In this document: positions 60,864 to 64,000 of the stretch, piece after piece
Layout of the letters: every line of letters starts with the position of its first letter
Numbering within the stretch: position 1 is the first letter of the stretch
Assembly (NCBI GenBank): GCA_037137535.1
Contig: JBAXKC010000011.1
Location: forward strand, 1 to 64,000
DNA from: a bacterium
GTDB taxonomy: Bacteria; Cyanobacteriota; Vampirovibrionia; Gastranaerophilales; JBAXKC01
DNA length: 64,000 nucleotides
Direction of reading: 5' to 3'
Position numbers and translations under genes: made by a program
The notes under the pieces: model-generated
The model's input: the letters and a program-made list of their open reading frames with translations, nothing else
What the model was told of the DNA's origin: nothing
Databases searched by the model: none

Positions 60864-62586
60864 AGTGTTTTGCTCCTAGAAAATCTACTATTTCATCAGT
60901 TTCTTGTAATACGGCAAAAGCGCCTTTTTCTAACATTTTATCTGTTAATTCCTGGGTTTTATCCTGCGGCGGTAGTATGCCTATTCCTTTAACTTTTGCA
61001 CCTACTGCTGATATCATATCATCTGAGGTATCGCCAAAATATAAAATTTCTTTATTTACTGTTTTTGATTTAATTACTTCAAGCCCAAAAGAATCAGGTT
61101 TTCCTTTTTCTAAAGGAATATCATCCATAGTTATAATGTTAGAAAATATGTTATATAAATTCCATCTTTTCAATACAAATTCTGCTTCATCTTTAGGTCT
61201 GCCCGTAAAAACTGCCATGTCATATTCTTTTGAAAGTTCATTCAATTTTTCCGGCTGAATCAAAATACTTTCGTTTAATATTAGCCCATTAAAATCAGAT
61301 CCGATATAAAACTCTTGAAATTTATCAATAATTATATTCTTATCTATATTTAACCCTTCATTCTTTAAAAGATATTCGGTTAAATCCCAATCATTATTAA
61401 GTCCACCAAGATTTTTAGCTTCTTGAATCTCTGAAAAATCAATACTTTTATTGGCAAAATATTCAAAAGTATTTTTAATTGCCATTCGATAAGATTGCCT
61501 TGTATCGACAATAACACCGTCTATATCAAAGACAAGTAAAGCACGTTCTTCGTTTAAAATATCTAATATTATTTTAGTTTGTTCGATTGTAGGAATAGAG
61601 ATTCTCAAACAACCGTTTAACTCGGGGTGTCCTGCAAAATTCTTGATTTTTATACCTGCATTTAATAATCTTGTGTAATAAAAATCAGCTTTATCTGCAA
61701 AATCAGCAACAAGGAAATTAGCTTTTCCATCATAAACTGTTTTAGCTAAAGATTTTAATCCGTTATATAAAAGATTTCTTGAAGTGATTACTTCCTTTTT
61801 AATTTTTTCAAAATATTCTTTATCTCTTAAAGCCGCCAAAGCTGCTTTTACTGCAATTGTATTTACGCTGAAAGGACAAATAATTTTTTTAATTTCATTG
61901 ATAATTTCAGGAACAGCCAAAATATAACCGACTCTTAAACCTGCTAATGCAAAGTCTTTAGAGAAAGATTTTGTTATAATGACATTCGGATATTCTTCAA
62001 TTAAATCAGTAAATGACTCTTCTGTGTAATGAGTATAGGTTTCATCAATTAAAACATAGCAATGCTTAGATTTTTCTAGTATTTTAAGAACATTTTCTCT
62101 TGAAATAGCATCACCAGTGGGATTATTTGGTGTTGTTAATATTATTAATTTTGTCTGAGGCGTAATTTTATTAATAAGTTTTTCTGTTGGAAATACCCAT
62201 TTTTCATCATAATCAAGCTCATTATAAACGCATCCAATTGCATTCGCATATATTTTAGGCATCGCAAATGATGGTTTAACAGTAATAACTTCATCATCGG
62301 GACTCATAAAAGTATCAAAAATGTAGTTCAATGCTTCATCACAACCATTTGTAGGTAAAACCTGCTTAGATGTTAATTTATTGAAAATAGCAAGTTCTTC
62401 TACCAATTCACCGTATGCAGGATAAAATTTTATCTCTTCTTCAGTTATATTTCTTATTGCTTCAATAACTTTTGGAGAGGGACCTAAGATATTTTCATTT
62501 GTATCAAGTTTCATTAAAAAGTTTTCAAGGTATGGTGGAGTATCATACCCTTTAAGTGTTTTAAGTGTATTTTTTGAAAATAACAT
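60844..62586 (-). CDS. hisC: Histidinol-phosphate aminotransferase fused to a HAD phosphatase
   Basis: KLDTNEN, PNNPTG, DETY, KSFSKDFALAGLRVGY; C-terminal FDIDGV, NNDWD, FTGRP, KPD, GDTSDD; ATG 62586 after GAGGA. Confidence 0.9.
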   Translation of the reverse strand: MLFSKNTLKTLKGYDTPPYLENFLMKLDTNENILGPSPKVIEAIRNITEEEIKFYPAYGELVEELAIFNKLTSKQVLPTNGCDEALNYIFDTFMSPDDEVITVKPSFAMPKIYANAIGCVYNELDYDEKWVFPTEKLINKITPQTKLIILTTPNNPTGDAISRENVLKILEKSKHCYVLIDETYTHYTEESFTDLIEEYPNVIITKSFSKDFALAGLRVGYILAVPEIINEIKKIICPFSVNTIAVKAALAALRDKEYFEKIKKEVITSRNLLYNGLKSLAKTVYDGKANFLVADFADKADFYYTRLLNAGIKIKNFAGHPELNGCLRISIPTIEQTKIILDILNEERALLVFDIDGVIVDTRQSYRMAIKNTFEYFANKSIDFSEIQEAKNLGGLNNDWDLTEYLLKNEGLNIDKNIIIDKFQEFYIGSDFNGLILNESILIQPEKLNELSKEYDMAVFTGRPKDEAEFVLKRWNLYNIFSNIITMDDIPLEKGKPDSFGLEVIKSKTVNKEILYFGDTSDDMISAVGAKVKGIGILPPQDKTQELTDKMLEKGAFAVLQETDEIVDFLGAKHYEMQRS

Positions 62587-62600
62587 GTCTTTCCTCAAAT

Positions 62601-63932
62601 TTAATTTAATATATCTGTAGTCTGTTCTTTGATGTTATCTTGCAATGCCACACCATGAGCTGTTTTGCCCCAGTCCATAGTTCTTTTGACAAAAATGATT
62701 TTAAATACGATTAAAAGAACAAGAGGTGTCCATATAATCACCATATAAACGCCTGTTTCTACTGCCTGAATTATAGATTGAATCAAAGGAAGATGATTAT
62801 ATTTTTTTATACTGTAAATAAGACCTGTAACAAAGAACATACAGAGTAAAGGTAATACTGCTATTGACCATAATATATGGTTTTCAGCACCTTTAACAAA
62901 TTTAAAGCCTTGAATAAACAATTCGGAAAGAAGCCATAAAGGTAGAACAAATTCTAAAAGATAAGCAGTCATATCAGCTCTTACGCGATGAGAAACATTT
63001 TTTGAGAGTACAACTTCAACGAAATAATCTAAATAACGTCTTATGCTTCCTTCTACCCATCTTCTGCGCTGTCTTAAAAGTGGCAAGAAAGTTAAAATAC
63101 CTTCTTCGTAGACTTTAACTTCATGGCAAAACCTTATGTCCCAGTTCTTAAGATGCAATCTTGTTGATAAATCAAGGTCATCAGTAATTGTATAATCATT
63201 CCAGCCACCAATATCAATTAAGGCTTCTCTTTTTATTAACTGACCATTTCCTCTTAGCTCAACAGCACCTTTTATGCTGTCTCTACCACTTTGGAAATGA
63301 CAATCAAGAACATATTCATTATCTTGACATCTGGTTAAAATGTTTGATTCTTTGTTAGAAATAATTTTACGTGCTTGTACAGCCCCTGTGTCCTTATCAG
63401 CAAGATAAGGAACTATTTTTTCAAGAAAATCAGGCTTAACTCTTGCATCTGCATCAAATACACAAATTATTTCGCCTGTTGCCTTTTCCATAGCTTCGTT
63501 TAAAACAGCTGATTTCCCTGGGAAAGCAGATTTATCACGAATTATATAATTTAAATTACCTGATAATTCATTACTTAAAGTTTCTAATACTTTTGCTGTT
63601 TTATCTGTACTTCTGTCATCAATGATTATAACCTCATAAGACGGGTAATCAATTGCTAACATATTGTGAATGGTGTCTCTTATAACGTTTTCTTCGTTAT
63701 GACAAGGAATTAAAATACTTACAAAAGGTTTATACTCTTTATTTAAAACAATCGGATGTTTTTTTGCTTTTCTTCTTCTATGAGAAGTAGCGGCATGTAA
63801 CATAAGTGAATAAAGCCCCATCCCACCCAATAACACTAATGTTGACATATTCATAGGAAGATACTTTTGAACAATTACAAGTATAGTCCACATTAATAAT
63901 ATTAATATTCCGAGGGTAACTCTATCTCTCAA
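62601..63932 (-). CDS. mgdA: GT2 glycosyltransferase resembling cyanobacterial monoglucosyldiacylglycerol synthase MgdA
   Basis: GAVQARK, ELRGNGQ, GGWNDYTITDDLDLSTRLHL, EEG, QRRRW, RYLDY, with N- and C-terminal TMs. Confidence 0.72.
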   Translation of the reverse strand: MRDRVTLGILILLMWTILVIVQKYLPMNMSTLVLLGGMGLYSLMLHAATSHRRRKAKKHPIVLNKEYKPFVSILIPCHNEENVIRDTIHNMLAIDYPSYEVIIIDDRSTDKTAKVLETLSNELSGNLNYIIRDKSAFPGKSAVLNEAMEKATGEIICVFDADARVKPDFLEKIVPYLADKDTGAVQARKIISNKESNILTRCQDNEYVLDCHFQSGRDSIKGAVELRGNGQLIKREALIDIGGWNDYTITDDLDLSTRLHLKNWDIRFCHEVKVYEEGILTFLPLLRQRRRWVEGSIRRYLDYFVEVVLSKNVSHRVRADMTAYLLEFVLPLWLLSELFIQGFKFVKGAENHILWSIAVLPLLCMFFVTGLIYSIKKYNHLPLIQSIIQAVETGVYMVIIWTPLVLLIVFKIIFVKRTMDWGKTAHGVALQDNIKEQTTDILN

Positions 63933-64000
63933 TTTACTTACTCCGTTTCATTTATAAGTTTAATAATAATGCAATCGCATAAAATAATCACGCAAAACTT

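Overview
Low-GC (roughly 30%, judged by eye) bacterial chromosome segment, most likely from a non-photosynthetic, flagellated, fermentative relative of Cyanobacteria (Melainabacteria/Gastranaerophilales-like). This placement is inferred from a cyanobacterial-type MgdA-like glucosyltransferase and CC-adding enzyme together with flagellin, PPi-PFK and an acyl-CoA dehydratase activase. Housekeeping content: murF-mraY-murD-ftsW-murG, two his clusters with fused genes (hisF-hisA/I/E-hisD and hisC/HAD-hisB-hisH), trpC, a long-form folP, rsmE, radA, gap-tpiA, pfp, xerC, rpmB, dusB, manC and three TPR proteins. Most interesting signals: (1) orphan genes with Asn/Gln-rich N-terminal leaders ending in F-x-G and/or sigma28-type promoters like that of the flagellin gene, including an unannotated pseudogenised Cys-His-Asp papain-fold protease, which may be a flagellar-T3SS-exported effector set; (2) a MesB-type folate-independent methionine synthase operon with Wood-Ljungdahl-derived cooC/folD/acsE; (3) four copies of a ~390-bp MITE-like repeat with TATACC...GGTATA ends, two of which flank an orphan gene in inverted orientation; (4) candidate small RNAs. 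No rRNA, tRNA, CRISPR array or transposase was seen. All product calls come from recognising motifs by eye, not from database searches.
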